Assembly: GCA_037447605.1 (NCBI GenBank)
Contig: CM074810.1
Location: forward strand, 3,506,880 to 3,570,879
From: Zygnema circumcarinatum SAG 698-1b
Taxonomy: Eukaryota > Plantae > Zygnematophyceae
Direction of reading: 5' to 3'
DNA: 64,000 nt
Position 1 is the stretch's first letter; each line of letters opens with the position of its first letter. A model generated the notes under the pieces. That model was not told the DNA's origin and did not search any database. It was given only the letters and a program-made list of their open reading frames with translations. Of the stretch, positions 15,625 to 27,560 are shown in pieces. A program made the position numbers and the translations under genes.

Positions 15625-17243
15625 GCGAAAGGAACGCAAAGGAACGGAAATTGAGGCAAAGAGAATAAGTCGGGGAGGGCTGATTTGTAAATGGGGTTCT
15701 ATGGTGGGGGCGATTGTAGGGTAGGAAGTGGCCGGCAGATGTAGGAGGATGATGTAGAGTACGCGTATACAGGGGATGTACAGGAACGAGAAAGTGATGT
15801 CATGGGTGTCATGTGATGTGATGTTTCACTTTTGTACATAGGATGATTGGGAGACGTCGGCTTTGTTGAAGGTGGAGAGCGAGAGAGTACGACGATGACA
15901 AGTTGAAGTTGTAGAGGGAGAGAGCGAGTTGAAGGGAGAGGGAGAGGGAGAGGGAGAGAGCGACAGAGGGTTTGGGAGAGAAGTGTACGTTGACGCTGGC
16001 AAGCTAAGGGAGTGTCTTTTTTTAGATGGGATAAGATCTGGTAGGGGAGGAATATGGAATGGTGAAGGGGACAGTGGGCGTAGTTATGAAACGTTTTTTG
16101 AACACGTGCGAGCGATTGAACTTTTTTTTTTTCGCACTATCTGCACCCTCACCTTCTCACTCTCTCAACCTTCGTCTTCCTCTCTTTTTCTCCCACCCCC
16201 CTCTATCGTGTGCTCTCTCTCTTTCTTCTTTGGCAATGACTGGCTGGCGGCTGTTGGTCTCGAGGAAAGGAGATAATGCTACAACACGTTACTTCCAGGC
16301 TGATTATATTTTTCAGAATATCTGGAGAAAAATTTGATGGAAAAATGTGCTATTGCTTGAATAGCTGCATCATTGTTTTGTCAACAAGGTTGCAGAGCTA
16401 CAACAAAAACTTCCTCTTTCTTCAAACTAAAAGACCCTTCTTTTGCCGCTGTACAAAACGAGCTTTCAAAGTTTGGAGAGGGGGGAGAAAGTGAGGACTG
16501 TAGCTCCCACATTCTTATCATTCGGCTCCAATCGTAAAGCTCCGCAACACTTCCTTCGAACATGGAGAAATTTGAGAGGTTCATAACCTGAATACGAAGA
16601 TCAGAGCATTCCATCAGGAAGCGGACTGACAATGGGATGTCTCCACTTGGCATGCTCAAAAAACATGTCACAAAACAAGTTTTTAGACCCGCGCATCTCT
16701 TTGGAGTGTTGTAGGGTGAGATCAATGCCACATCACTTTTCAGTTCTATCAATATGTAACCACTCCTCCAATTTCTTTGCCCATTCTGTTCCTTCCTCTC
16801 TCCTTTGTTTCTCTTCTCTCGCGCCTCTCGTTTCCTTTCTTGTCCATACTCTGCTGCTATGCAATCTCTCCACTCCTAGACTCCCTCCGCAGCCTAGTTC
16901 CCTCTCTCCCTCTCTCTCTCTCTCTGCCCCCCCCTCCTCCCTCTCCCACCCCTCTTCATCAACCTACAATCTCAACATCCAAAGGCCCAAGGGACTGCCC
17001 CCCCCCCCCCCAAAAAAAAGGGGAGCCTTTAACTCACAGCTTCTGCCGGCAGTCTGTATTCGCAACTCCGCCGAAAAAAAATTCGCAGCTTTCTCCGCAC
17101 CTCTTCGGTCCTCAAACGTCATTAAAAATATCCCCTTCCCTTTCCGTTTACACTTTCCCAACCTCACTTTTCATACTTCCATTCGTTGTTACTTATTTTA
17201 AATCCTGTTTTTTTTTTTTTTTTCATTTTTTACATTTTTCTTT

Positions 17244-20200
17244 TCAGCCTGTTTTGAGCAGCTGGTGGAAGGCCTCCTGCGGGACCTCTACCTCTCCCAC
17301 TCTCTTCATCCTCCTCTTCCCCTCCTTCTGCTTCTCCAAAAGTTTTCGCTTCCTCGACACGTCACCTCCGTAGCATTTTGCAAGCACATTCTTTCGCAAT
17401 GCAGACAACCTGCAAAATTTCGATTATCAATGCTAGCATAGAAAAATTTGGTATACAGAAAGACATTGAGCATGGAAGTGGTTGTTATTTCTCTTCATGA
17501 TAGGGAGGAGCAAGGAGACACCTTTCTGAAGGTAAGTTCTATAAAATTATTTTCAAGTGGTTTTAGTGTTTCTCGAGTCATGATTGAATACTCACGTTTC
17601 TCGAGCAATCACTTTGCCGCCGATCGCCGCTTGAATTACAACATCAAACATTTGTCTGCGGCGCAAAAGCTCATTTCTACAGTCATCATGAGGGCGGAGG
17701 ACGATAAAGGAGGGAGAGGAGGGGGCGAGGGAGAGGGAGAGGGAGAGGGAGAGGGAGAGGGAGAGGGAGAGTGGCGGATAGGGAGTGAGGGGAGAGAGAG
17801 GGGAAATGGAGAGTGAGAGGGAGACGGAGTGAGGAAGAGAGAGGTTGACTTGGAGAGGGAGAGGAGGGAGTATCCAAGAAACACAGAGGGAGACAGGGAG
17901 GGCGAGAGAGAAAGTCAGGCAAACACAGGGAGTCACAGAGAGAGAGAGAGCGCGCGAGAGAGAGAGAGAAAGAAAGAGCGAGAGAGAGAGAGAGAGAAAG
18001 AAAGAGCGAGAGAGAAAGAGAGAGAGAGAGGGAGAGAGAGAGAGAGGGAGAGTGAGAGTGTGTGAGCGAGAGAGAGAGAGTGTGAGAGAGAGAGAGAGGG
18101 AGAAAGAGCGAGAGAGAGAGAGAGAGGGTCACCTGTCGATGAGGTGGTCCCTCAGCCAGTCCCACGGTTCCTCCCGAGTCCCTCTCTTGGCCCGGGACCT
18201 GTCTTGTATCGCTACTTGGCTGACGACGTCCGCGGGCCGTCCGTTGAGGAAGGGGCGGCGTCCACCGGACAAAAGGTCCGCCGACCGGTAACTGGACAAG
18301 GGGGGCAAGGGGAGGGTTTAGGGGGTAGGGTTTAAGGGGTTAGGGTTTAAGAGTTTAGGGTTTAAGGGTTTAGGGTTTAAGAGTGTAGGGTTTAAGGGTT
18401 TAGGGTTGAAGGGGTAGGGTTGAAGGGGTAGGGTTGAAGGGGTAGGGTTGAAGGGATAGGGTTGAAGGGTTTAGGGTTTAAGGGGTAGGGTTGAAGGGGT
18501 AGGGTTGAAGGGGTAGGGTTGAAGGGATAGGGTTTAAGGGTTTAGGGTTTAGGGTTTAAGGGTTTAGGGTTTAAGGGTTTAGGGTTAGGGTTTAAGGGGT
18601 AGGGATTAGAGTTTAGGGTTTAGGGTTGAAGGGTTTAAGGGTTTAAGGGTTAGGGTTTAAGGGTTTAGGGTTTAAGGGTTTAGGGTTAGGGTTGAAGGGG
18701 TAGGGTTGAAGGGGTAGGGTTGAAGGGATAGGGTTGAAGGGTTTAGGGTTTAAGGGGTAGGGTTGAAGGGGTAGGGTTGAAGGGATAGGGTTTAAGGGTT
18801 TAGGGTTTAGGGTTTAGGGTTTAAGGGTTTAGGGTTTAAGGGTTTAGGGTTAGGGTTTAAGGGGTAGGGATTAGAGTTTAGAGTTTAGGGTTTAGGGTTG
18901 AAGGGTTTAAGGGTTGAAGGGTTAGGATTTAAGGGGTAGTGATTAGGGTTTAGGGTTGGGGTTAAGGGTTTAAGGTTTAGGGTTGAAGGGCTTAGGGGTT
19001 AGGGTTGAAGGGTTGAAGGGTTAGGATTAAGGGGTAGAGATTAGGGTTTAGGGTAAGGGTTAGGTTTAAGGGGCAGGGATTAGGGGTTTAGGGTTCAGGG
19101 TTAGGGTTTAAGGGTTCGGGTTTAGGGTTGAAGGGTTAAAGGTTTCTGGGTCAGGGTTTCGGGTTTTGGGTTTAAGGTTTAAGGTTTACTTAAGGGGATA
19201 GGGGTTAGTAAGTGGTTAGAAGTTAGGGTTAAAGGTTCAGTGTTTAGGAGGGTTTTTAGGGTTCCCGGGATTAAGACTTGTAGGGTTTGATGGGATTTAT
19301 TTGCAGGTCCGAAGAAGACTCTAAAGCTTTGCGACTGCACCAACACGCTCACTGCCAACATGGTTTCATGCCCCATCTGCCGTGACGTGGCAGGAAACGG
19401 CGATCACTGTGCCACGTGGCAGCAAACCCTTATGTGGCGGAGCAGTGAAGCGAGCCACGTGGCAGCCGCGTTCTACATTTTTGTGAGAGAGAGAGAGAGA
19501 GGGGGGGAGAGAGAAAGACAGGGGGAAAGAGAGAGAGAGAGAGGGGGAGAGAGAGAGAGAAGGGGGGAGAGGGAGAGAGAGGGGGGGAAAAGAGAGAGAG
19601 AGGGGGGGGAAGAGAGAGAGAGGGGGGAGGGAGAGAGAGAGGGGGAAAAGAGAGAGAGGGGGGAGAGAGAGAGAGGGGGGGAAAAGAGAGAGAGAGGGGG
19701 GGGAAGCGAGAGAGAGAGGGGGGGAGGGAGAGAGAGGGGGAAAAGAGAGAGAGGAGGGGCGAGAGTGAGAGAGGGGTGAAGGGAGAGAGAGGGGGGACGA
19801 GAGAGAGGGGGAGGAAGAGAGAAAGAAAAAGTGAGAGGGGGGGAAGAGAGAGAGAGAGAGAGAGAGAGAGGGGAGGGGAAAGAAAGAGAGGAGGGGCACA
19901 TCATACCCCGCATCTTCATAGTCGAAGGAGGCATATCCAGAGGTGAGACTTTTGAGTTCGTTGTAGAAGTCCGTCACTACCTCCCGCAGAGGGAGACAGT
20001 ACTTCAGGAGCGCTCTTTGCCTGCAGTTACAGTTTCAGTTCTAGGGTCAGTTCCAGTTCCACCTCCAGTTTCAGTTACAATTTCAGTTTCATTGCCATTC
20101 TCATTTCACTGGCACTCACATCTTTCAGTTGCACGTCCAATTTCAGTGTCAGTTTCAGTTCAGTTTCAGTTACAACTGTCGTTTCAGTTGAGGTTTCGCA

Positions 20201-21347
20201 CTTCGGCTCACGACTACATAAAACTACGAAATCTTTGGCCCTGAACCCTAAAACTCTCAAACCCTAAACCCCATATCAACCCTAAAATCGAAAAATCCTA
20301 ATTCATTTTAAGCAGCTGTTCCTCAAAATCCGCAATCCCACGACCTCGTGAAGAAAACTGAAAAAAAAAATGCTTCTTCAATCCAATTTCAATCCGTACA
20401 ATGAACCTTGCCAAGAATAGCGACCAGATACATTCGAGCAGCATTCTAGGGTTCAGCGGTGCAGAAGATTCTCTCACTCGTCGAGAAACGAATATTCCTT
20501 CTGCTCTCCCCTCCGGTCGGAGCAGAGAGTCATGATGGCGCCCACGTACCTGCGAACCCGCTCTCCTTCAATAGCCTTAGGGTTTAGGGTTTTAGGGTGA
20601 GGGTTTTAGGGTTTGAGGTTTTAGGGTTTGAGGTTTTAGGGTTTGAGGTTTTAGGGTTTAAGGTTTTAGGTTTGGGGTTTTAGGGTTTAGGGTTTTAGGG
20701 GTTAGGGTTTTAGGGTTTGAGGTTTTAGGGTTTGAGGTTTTAGGGTTTGAGGTTTTAGGGTTTGAGGTTTTAGGGTTTGAGGTTTTAGGGATTGAAGTTT
20801 TAGGGTTTGGGGTTTTAGGGTTTGAGGTTTTAGGGTTTGTGGTTTTAAGTTGAGATTTTGGGATTCGGGATTCAGGGTTTAAGGTTCAGGTTCAGGGTTT
20901 AGTGGGAATTTCCCTCAAGGCCTCTCCTCCTCCCTTTCTCTCTCCCCTCCCTTTTCCCTTCTTCTCACCCCTGAAAGTGTCAAAATTCCATCCACGAGCT
21001 TCCCCTTCAACAGAACGATGAAGTGAGGCAGAGAAAGAGAGAGAGAGCGAGAGAGAGAGAGAGAGAGGGAGATGGAGAGAGGGAGAGGGAGAGCGCGAGA
21101 GAGAGGGGAGGGAGAGAGAGAAAGAGAGGGGGAGAGGGAGAGAGAGAGAGAGGGAGGGAGAGAGAGAGGGAGGGAGAGAGAGAGAGAGAGAGAGAGCAGC
21201 ACAATCAGATATTAAAGCAGGGGTTGAGGTGTACGGCCCTACTCCTTAGGGGTGATGATGGTGGCGTTGACTATGGGCTCATATGACGCCGTCACGCGTT
21301 GACCGGGATTGGCCGGCAGCGCGGCCGGATTCTGCACATGGAGCGTG
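17244..21347 (-). CDS. GUF1: Translation factor GUF1/LepA (EF4), mitochondrial type; 3' six exons only, 5' part absent from window
   Basis: Exons 21347-21243 ([12 protein letters not shown]...[14 protein letters not shown]), 20549-20478 ([23 protein letters not shown]), 20020-19907 ([27 protein letters not shown]), 18291-18133 (garbled), 17655-17596 ([20 protein letters not shown]), 17409-17244 ([34 protein letters not shown]...*). Confidence 0.93.
18320..19270 (+). repeat. Degenerate interstitial telomere-like array (TTTAGGG/TTAGGG/TTGAAGGGGTAGGG) in a GUF1 intron
   Basis: ~950 bp of TTTAGGG variants with an internal ~250-bp higher-order duplication. Confidence 0.9.
20575..20900 (+). repeat. 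Telomere-like array with 15-bp unit GGGTTTGAGGTTTTA in a GUF1 intron
   Basis: More than ten near-perfect 15-mers flanked by TTTAGGG units. Confidence 0.9.
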
Positions 21348-21536
21348 CTGCTCCGTTGGGCGCAACGGGCCGTACAACGGAGCGACGGAGTCAGTTGCAC
21401 TGACAGGGGAGACATGGAAAGCCCTTCAAGTGAGTGACGATTGAGGGGGGGGAGGTAGATTATAGGGTTTAGGGTTTAGGTTATGGGTTCGGTTTCAGGG
21501 TCAACAGGGGATCTGGTTCTCTCTCTCTCTCTCTGT

Positions 21537-21636
21537 NNNNNNNNNNNNNNNNNNNNNNNNNNNNNNNNNNNNNNNNNNNNNNNNNNNNNNNNNNNNNNNN
21601 NNNNNNNNNNNNNNNNNNNNNNNNNNNNNNNNNNNN
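21537..21636. other. 100-N scaffold gap
   Basis: Exactly 100 N; separates truncated GUF1 from the MSRA5 promoter. Confidence 1.
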
Positions 21637-22122
21637 TGGGTAGGGTTAAGGGTTTCGAAGCCAGGGTTCAGAATTCTTTAAAAAAAAAGGTAGCCTGAAC
21701 TAAAATTTATTCAGGCAAGGTTCGAGAATTTGAAGAAAAGTAATTTCTTCTTCTGCAAAGGAGACGGGTGATCCTGAACCCTAAAAAATTGCAAGTGGTT
21801 TCGCCTCCAAGGTGTTCCATGCTCCATAAATCCGTTCAGTCAGTTCGGAATTTCGTCACGTCATAAATGCTGTGCTCATGGAAAGCGCATCCGTTCTGTT
21901 GTGGCGAACTGAGAGTCCGTTTCCATGTACAGTCTGTACGACGGTTGGTTACAGTAATCATGACAAAAGAGTACGGACAAGGCCTCTCTGATTGGCTGGT
22001 ACCGTACCGACCGTCGAACTGAGTCGCATAGAAACGCCCAACGGAAGGGTAAAGGCACACCTATTCTGTGCTTGAAAATGTGGAAAATCCGTTGATGTGA
22101 GTGGCCAACAGGATTCGCTGCC

Positions 22123-23790
22123 ATGGCCAGCTGGCACAAGGAAGCTTCAGCGAAGCTTCCTGTCACTGCGACTGCAATTTGCGTCCTGCTGCTGGCAACC
22201 GCAGCGCCACGTGGCGCCTCCAGGCCCCTCCACGTGTCCCTGTTCGGAAAGGCATGGAAGGAGGGACACGTGGCGAGCACGGCGACGTTCGCGTTGGGAT
22301 CGTTTTGGAGCGGAGAGGCGGCGTACGGATGCCTGCCGGGTGGGAGCTCACAAGAGTTAGGGTTAGGGTTCAGGGATTAGGGTTAGGGGTTTGGGAGTAG
22401 GGTTAGGGTTCAGGGATTAGGGTTAGGGGTTTGGGAGTAGGGTTAGGGTTCAGCGATGAGGGTTAGAGGTTAGGGTTCAGGGATCAAGGTTAGGGTTCAG
22501 GGATCAGGGTTAGGGTCAGGGGTTAGGGTTCAGGGATTAGGAATTAGGGTAAGGGGTCAGGGCTCAGGGATTAGGGTTAGGGTTCAGGTATTAGAGTCAG
22601 GGGTTAGGGTTCAGGGATTAGGGTTAGCGGCTAGGGGTTAAAGTTCAGGAATGAGGGTAGGGTTTAGGGTTTAGGGGTTAGAGGTCAGGGTTTCTCGAAA
22701 AACCGGCAAAGTTCACTGACGCCTTTCCCGTTGTTGGTATTTTTAATTTTGACAAATTTTTAAGTTTAGTTTTTAAAGTAACTTTTGCTTTCTAAAATGT
22801 TTGGAATGCGTGACAGGTGTCCTGAGGACACGTGTCGGATATGCAGGGGGGCAGCGTGACCTCCCTGACTACTTCAATATCAGCGACCACGCTGAGGCCG
22901 TGCAGGTAAGCTCTCTCCCTCTCTCTCTCTCTTTCTCTCTCTCTCTCCCTCTCTCTCTCTTTCCCTCTCCCTCTTCCTTTTTCTCTCTCTCACTTAGCTC
23001 CTTTCTTTCCCTCACCTTCTCCACTCCCCTCTCCCTCTCTGTCCCCCACTCTTCCCTCTCTCCATCCCCTTCCCCCCTCTTTTTCTCTTTCGTTCTCCGT
23101 CCCCTCCCATTCTGAAAAGATAGAAGTACAATTGTCTTCTTTTGGTTCCAATCTTTTTTTCAGGTGGATTATGACCCCAAAATAATTTCATATGTGGACC
23201 TCCTTCAAATTTTTTGGAGCAGCCACGATCCGACGCAAGTGTTCGGGCAGGGTCCAAATGTTGGAGACCGGTATCGGTAAATCCCCATTTATACCCAATC
23301 CAAGCTCTAAAAATCTTCTCTCCCACTGTCTCCTCTCATTCCCCCCTCCCTCTACCCCTCCCCCTCTCCCGCTCTCTCCCCCTCTCCGGCTCTCCCCTGC
23401 CTCGCTGTCTCTCCTTCTTCCGCCCTCTAGCCGTCTCCCTCTTTCCCCCTCTCCCTCTCTCTGTCGTCCCCCCTCTCTCTCTCCCGTTCTCCCTCCCATT
23501 CACCCTCGTCCCTCCCCCCTCTCCCCCTCCCCCTCTCCCTCTCTCTGTCGCCCCCACTCTCTCTCTCCCGTTCTCCCTCCCATTCACCCTCGTCCCTCCC
23601 CCCTCTCCCCCTCCCCCTCTCCCTCTCTCTGTCGCCCCCACTCTCTCTCTCCCGTTCTCCCTCCCATTCACCCTCGTCCCTCCCCCCTCTCCCTCTCCCC
23701 CTCTCCCTCTCTCTGTCGCTCCCTCTCTCTCTCTCCCGTTCTCTCTCCCATTCACCCTCGTCCTCCCCCCTCTCCCTCTCCCCCTCTCCC

Positions 23791-23874
<84 letters not shown>

Positions 23875-24868
23875 GTTCTCCCTCCCATTCACCCTCATCT
23901 CTCCCTCCTCTCTCTAACCCTTCAACAGTGAAGGCTTCAGTTCCTAAAGCTGCAACTCACTCCATTGTTTCGAGGAATTGGAGTGTGAGCTCAGATCGAT
24001 AATTTTCACAAAAGGTGAAGCGGAGAGACGAGCCGCTCTGCACGGTTTAACGGAAATCGAAGCGAGAAATCCGACATGGAACGTGACGACGAAAATTCAG
24101 CCACTGGAGAAATTTTATTTGGCGGAATTAGAGCACCAGGTATACCCCTCTACCCCACCCCTCCCTTTAGGGCCCGTTGACCATACTCTCTTATCATTTG
24201 TATTCTCGTCTTCCCTCCCTTTCTCCCTCTACCTTTCTCTCTTTCTCTCTCTCCCTCTCTCCCGCTCCCTATCGCTCCTTCTCCCTGTCTTTCTTTCTAT
24301 CCGCCCCTTTCCGTCTCCCCCTTTCTCTCCCTCTCCCTGTCCCTGTCCCTCTCCATCTCCTCCTCCCTCTCCCTTTCTCGCTCGCTCCCCGTCTCTCCCT
24401 CTCCCTCTCTCTCCTTCTCCCTCTCTCTCTTCCTCTCACTCTCCGCCTCCCTCTCCCTCTCCCCCTCCCCCTCCCCCTCTCCCTCTCCTTCCCCCTCTCC
24501 CCCCTCCCCCCACTTAGCCTCAAAACCACCTGTTTTGCTAGTAACATGGTCAATCAGCTCAACCTATAAAAAACGAATTCCAGGCCCAATGTGTAATGTT
24601 TTTTCTTCTTCTGCAGAAATTTGAACTTCAGCAGCGCCCAAAGCTTCTTCAGTTATGGGAACTGTATTCTGGAAGCCCTAAAATTCAGCAAAAAGGGCCC
24701 TTTTTGTTAGATAATTTCGATAGTTTAGAAGCGAAAAAAGGAGTCCTCGTGGATTCTTTATCCGCTGCTCGCCTCAATTCGTGGGTTGCAGGATTTTGCA
24801 GAGCCCCTTTTAAAGTGGGAATAGATTTGGAAATACTTTCGCTTCTTCCTAAGGCTCGCTGGGACTAA
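22123..24868 (+). CDS. MSRA5: Peptide methionine sulfoxide reductase A5-like (signal peptide; GSFW in place of catalytic GCFW), 5 exons
   Basis: Exons 22123-22339, 22817-22905, 23164-23276, 23995-24139, 24617-24868. Motifs ATFALGSFW, GV.RT.VGYAGG, DHAEAVQVDYDP, FWSSHDPTQVFGQGPNVG..YRS.IF, FYLAE.EHQKFEL match the plant MSRA5 subfamily as recalled. Confidence 0.9.
22357..22690 (+). repeat. Telomere-like (TTAGGG/TTCAGGG) array filling MSRA5 intron 1
   Basis: Repeated GGGTTAGGGTTCAGGGATTA-type units. Confidence 0.85.
23440..23770. repeat. 84-bp minisatellite x4 in MSRA5 intron 3
   Basis: CATTCACCCTCGTCC recurs at 23497, 23581, 23665, 23749. Confidence 0.9.
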
Positions 24869-25840
24869 GTCCTGGGGTTCAGGAGGGCTTTTAGGTTTTG
24901 GAGTTTTGGGGGTTTTAGGCATTTCAATTCAGCAAATTAGAGCTTTAAACCAAAAGGAATTTAACGCAGACCGGACTATGAACCGTCCTAGGTGAAAATA
25001 AAGGAGTATTTTTCTTTAGGAAAATGCTATTTACACACCTTTTTTGGATAGATATATTCCTTTTTGGTAAAATTTACACCTTTTCTTCTTTCCTCCCGCT
25101 CCCCCTCCCCCCTCCCCCCTCCCCTCTTCCCTCTCCTCCCCCTCCCCCACCCCCCTCCTCCTCCCCCTCGTCCCTCTCCTCCCCCTCCCCCCCCTCTCCC
25201 CCCTCCCCTCTTCCGGCTCCTCCCCCTCCCCCTCATCCCTCCCNNNNNNNNNNCCCCCCCCCCCCCCAGCCGGCTCCCCGAGAGCGGCGCGACGGTGTGC
25301 GTGGCACTTGCGGCGGTGCACATTAATTAGAGAGGAAACAAAAAGAAACTTGTAAAGTTTGGCTCCCTTCCTTCCCTTCCCCTTTTGTATTTTAGAAGAA
25401 ACGAAATTCAACAAAAAATGAGATGTCGCCTGCACTTAAGTTATGCAATCGGCTTTCTTCTTTTCAGGGTTTGTAAAGCTTCCAGTTTTTAGGGTTAGGT
25501 CAACTGTCACGTCACGTCCCCCAATGTCCCCATGTCGCGCGGAGCCGTGGGACCATGCGAGGCATGAGCGCGCGAGTTTCCCCAACTCGCCTCTAGGGAC
25601 GGGGCCGGCGCGACCGTATTGTCCGTACAAGTACGGACAATCAACCTGTCTCGTTCGTCGATTTTCTGCATTACTGTTCACACATCAAGCGGCCCAAATG
25701 TATCGGAAATGTCTTTCTCGCCTGTTCACACGCACATGTTATTCGTTTACCAATAAACGCGCTGCTTCGAGGGAGGGCTTGAAGCGGTGTTGAGCCGAGC
25801 CGTAGAACATAGATCCAAGTTTCTTCTATTATTGTCCTTA

Positions 25841-25945
25841 GGTCCTTTGCGCCCAGGTGTTCCTCGTGGTTCCTTCCCCATGCTGATGTTGTCCATGTAC
25901 ATTTGATGGCATCATCGCCATCGTCAGACCAATGCCACATCATTT
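25841..25945. repeat. Unclassified dispersed repeat core (other copies ~34455-34560 reverse, ~40645-40745, ~58738-58835)
   Basis: Shared core TTCCTCGTGGTTC...ATG.TG...GTCCATG.A.ATT..ATGGC...TCGCCATCGT. Confidence 0.75.
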
Positions 25946-26999
25946 TCTCGTCGTTCTTCCACCAACGTCCGTACGGCCGCTACATGGAGGCCGCTACCCT
26001 ACCGCGTTTTACGCAATTACGCTACAGCCGATCCATGCTCCCCCCTGTGCAGCGAGAGCAATTTTGTCGCGACTCGGTAATCTCCCTCCGTATGAACGGT
26101 ACGAAGATTAACGACAAAAGTATCGCCGAACCCGATCCCACCGCCCGGCCAAGCGATGCGCCACGTGGCACAAAGTACGCGTACAGTCACGTGGCGCCAT
26201 GATGGACCACCACGTGGCGAGGTGTATGTTCGTTGTACGGACACTAAGGCAGTGCCTTTGCCAACAGCAATATGGGAAACCACGAGGAGCGGGTGCCTGC
26301 TTCTGAGCCCTCCGCCTCTCTGAAAACCGCCTCTCCGCCTCTCCGCCTCCGCCTTTAAGAAAAACTGAAGAAGGTACGCCGCTGAAATTCATTCGCTACA
26401 TGATGGGTCGATGAAAAATAATCGATTTTGCCGCTTTTTGCACTGAGCAAATCTGTCATTGGCGCAAAGATGCAAAAGTGCGAAGGAAGAAACTCAGGAA
26501 AGAGTAATAGGAAGAAGAGAAACCCAAAAAACTTCTTCGCTTTCGTTAGTTAAAATTAAAATCTTCGACGTTTCCCTGCCTTGGAGTTGCCTCATCGACT
26601 TCTGATTTCTGCGACCCGCGAAGGATCAATTTCAGTTTCTATAAGCGTTGGGGTCCAAGTCATAACAAAGCCTGCACTAAGCACTAGGGTGGGGATCCGA
26701 CTGGGGGGGGATTTCTCCTCTATCCTTTTCGTTTTCTAATCTCACAAATCACACTTGCTGCCCCTCTCTCTCGCTCTCACGCTCTCCGCCATTCTCGAAT
26801 CCATCTAGAATGAAATAAGAAAGGGTGCTGAAAGGGTTCTGGATTGCGTTGGACGGAGTTCAACTCGTCACTTTCCTCTCAGACAACACTCGCCGCATCT
26901 CTCTCCTCCCCTCTCCGCCCTAACAACTCCCTCTCTGCAATTCGCTAAACAAGAATGTCACTGACTGGGTGTTGGGATGGGCCACATGCTCCTTCCTCT

Positions 27000-27560
27000 T
27001 TCTCCGACCTTCCCTCTCCCTCACTGCCCTTCCCTCTCTCCACCCGCCCCTCTTCATTCCTCTCCCTCACTGCCCCTCCTATCAGCCCGTCCCCCTTCAT
27101 TCCTCTCCCTCACTGCCCCTCCCTCTCCCCACCCACACATCTGCATTCCTCTCCCTCACTGCCCATCCCTCTCTTACCCGCCCCACTTCTCCACTCCCTC
27201 ACTGCCCATCCCTCTGTCCACCAGCTCCTCATCATTCCCCTCCCTCACTGCCTCTCCGTCTCCACCCGCCCCTCTTCATTCCTCTCCCTCACTGCCCCTC
27301 CCTCTCCTCCACCCGCCCCTCTTCACCCGCCCCTCTTCATTCCTCTCCCTCACTGCCCCTCCCTCTCTCCACCCGCCCCTCTTCATTCCTCTCCCTCACT
27401 GCCCCTCCCTCTCTCCACCCGCCCCTCTTCAGTCCTCTCCCTCACTGCCCCTCCCTCTCTCCACCAACCCCTCTTCAGTCCTCTCCCTCACTCCCCCTCC
27501 AACTCTTCACCCGCCCCTCTTCAGTTCTGTCCTTCACTGCCCCTCCCTCTCCTTCTACCC
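27000..27560. repeat. ~46-bp CT-rich minisatellite in the 3' flank of gene A (inverted counterpart ~32900-33440)
   Basis: Unit CTCTTCATTCCTCTCCCTCACTGCCCCTCCCTCTCTCCACCCGCCC, roughly a dozen copies per arm. Confidence 0.9.

Noticed and set aside
16381-16752. 123-aa non-repetitive minus-strand ORF between the ATG8 and GUF1 3' ends
   Set aside because: No recognisable motif or supporting exon structure; compatible with a chance ORF in 3' UTR sequence.
20978-21022. Intronic island reading [13 protein letters not shown] on the minus strand (vaguely like GUF1 ILLNG..VDA) and [15 protein letters not shown] on the plus strand
   Set aside because: Wrong position for that GUF1 segment, the flanking exons join without it, and it is too short to assess.
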